Shown: piece by piece, positions 63,507 to 64,000 of the stretch | Layout of the letters: every line of letters begins with the position of its first letter | How positions within the stretch are numbered: the first letter of the stretch is position 1 | Source: Candidatus Saccharimonadota bacterium | GTDB lineage: Bacteria; Patescibacteriota; Saccharimonadia; Saccharimonadales; Saccharimonadaceae | Length of the DNA stretch: 64,000 nt | Direction of reading: 5' to 3' | NCBI GenBank assembly: GCA_017431105.1 | Contig: JAFRLS010000036.1 | Span: forward strand, 2,594-66,593 | Notes under the pieces: model-generated | What the model saw: only the letters and a program-made list of their open reading frames with translations | What the model was told of the DNA's origin: nothing | Database searches by the model: none | Program-made: the position numbers and the translations under genes

Positions 63507-64000
63507 TGGCGGAAAAGAAAACGGCTGCCAAGAAACCAGCTGCAAAGCCGGTTGAAAAGCCAGCTGCAAAGACAGCAGCTAAAGCTACGGCACAACCACG
63601 CCTTAAAGCTCTCTACAATGCAGAATTGAAGAGCAAGCTTGCTAAAGAACTTGGCCTAAAGAACATCAACCAGGTTCCAGAGCTCAAAAAGGTGATTGTG
63701 TCTTCGGGTGTGGGTAAAAAGCGTGAAGATAAGAAATTTACTGAAACGGTAGAATTAACTTTGGCTAAGATTACGGGCCAAGCACCAACTTCGCGTTTAG
63801 CGAAAAAATCAATTGCTACATTTAAGATTCGCAAGGGAATGGGCGCGCCAGTTGGCTATCTTACGACTCTTCGCAATGATAAAATGTATGAATTTGTTGA
63901 TCGCTTGATTAACGTAGCTTTACCACACGTGCGTGATTTTCATGGCGTGTCTCGTAATGCATTTGACGAGCAAGGTAATTACAACTTGGGGCTAAAAGAA
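63506..64000 (+). CDS. rplE: 50S ribosomal protein L5 (runs off the window end)
   Basis: MAEKKTAAKK... extension, then PRLKALY..NQVPELKKV, ITGQAP, FKIRKG and LPHVRDF. Confidence 0.95.
   Translation, partial: MAEKKTAAKKPAAKPVEKPAAKTAAKATAQPRLKALYNAELKSKLAKELGLKNINQVPELKKVIVSSGVGKKREDKKFTETVELTLAKITGQAPTSRLAKKSIATFKIRKGMGAPVGYLTTLRNDKMYEFVDRLINVALPHVRDFHGVSRNAFDEQGNYNLGLKE

Noticed and set aside
1-64000. Alternative genetic code 25 (TGA=Gly) as in Gracilibacteria
   Set aside because: Long ORFs are intact under code 11, and TGA ends genes at expected positions (ligA, rnhA).

Overview
AT-rich, gene-dense bacterial chromosome segment using genetic code 11 (TGA is used as stop, e.g. in ligA and rnhA). 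The gene content and protein style (alpha2-type GlyRS, HTH-fused MurA, sensor-less kinase plus recO, Trm11-like methylase beside rpmA, S10 cluster starting at rplC) suggest a Patescibacteria/CPR organism, most likely Candidatus Saccharibacteria (TM7). This assignment is inferred and was not checked against a database. The window holds mostly housekeeping genes: rnj, gpx-trxA-trxB, ligA, pyk, pgk, murA/murD/murI, pcrA, rnhA, four aminoacyl-tRNA synthetases, xseAB, recO, ppa, rarA, secA, prfB and the rplC-rplE ribosomal cluster. It also has 7 tRNAs and two large accessory surface proteins (a beta-helix/SLH protein and a 21-repeat LRR protein). No CRISPR array, integrase, transposase, reverse transcriptase or rRNA gene was seen. 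Most notable unexplained signals: (1) a small DUF6504-like gene flanked by a pseudoknotted, SD-occluding 5' leader and a long 3' hairpin; (2) a CxxC membrane protein coupled to a DsbA-like oxidoreductase; (3) a membrane-anchored protein with distal SLH-like domains; (4) pervasive leaderless promoters, including a 14-bp bidirectional one; (5) an orphan ~150-nt ncRNA next to tandem antisense promoters and an Erm-like gene; (6) absence of rpmC (L29) from the cluster alongside Lys/Ala-rich tails on exit-tunnel proteins and SecA; (7) a tRNA-Gly with a swapped U19-A56 tertiary pair and A73.
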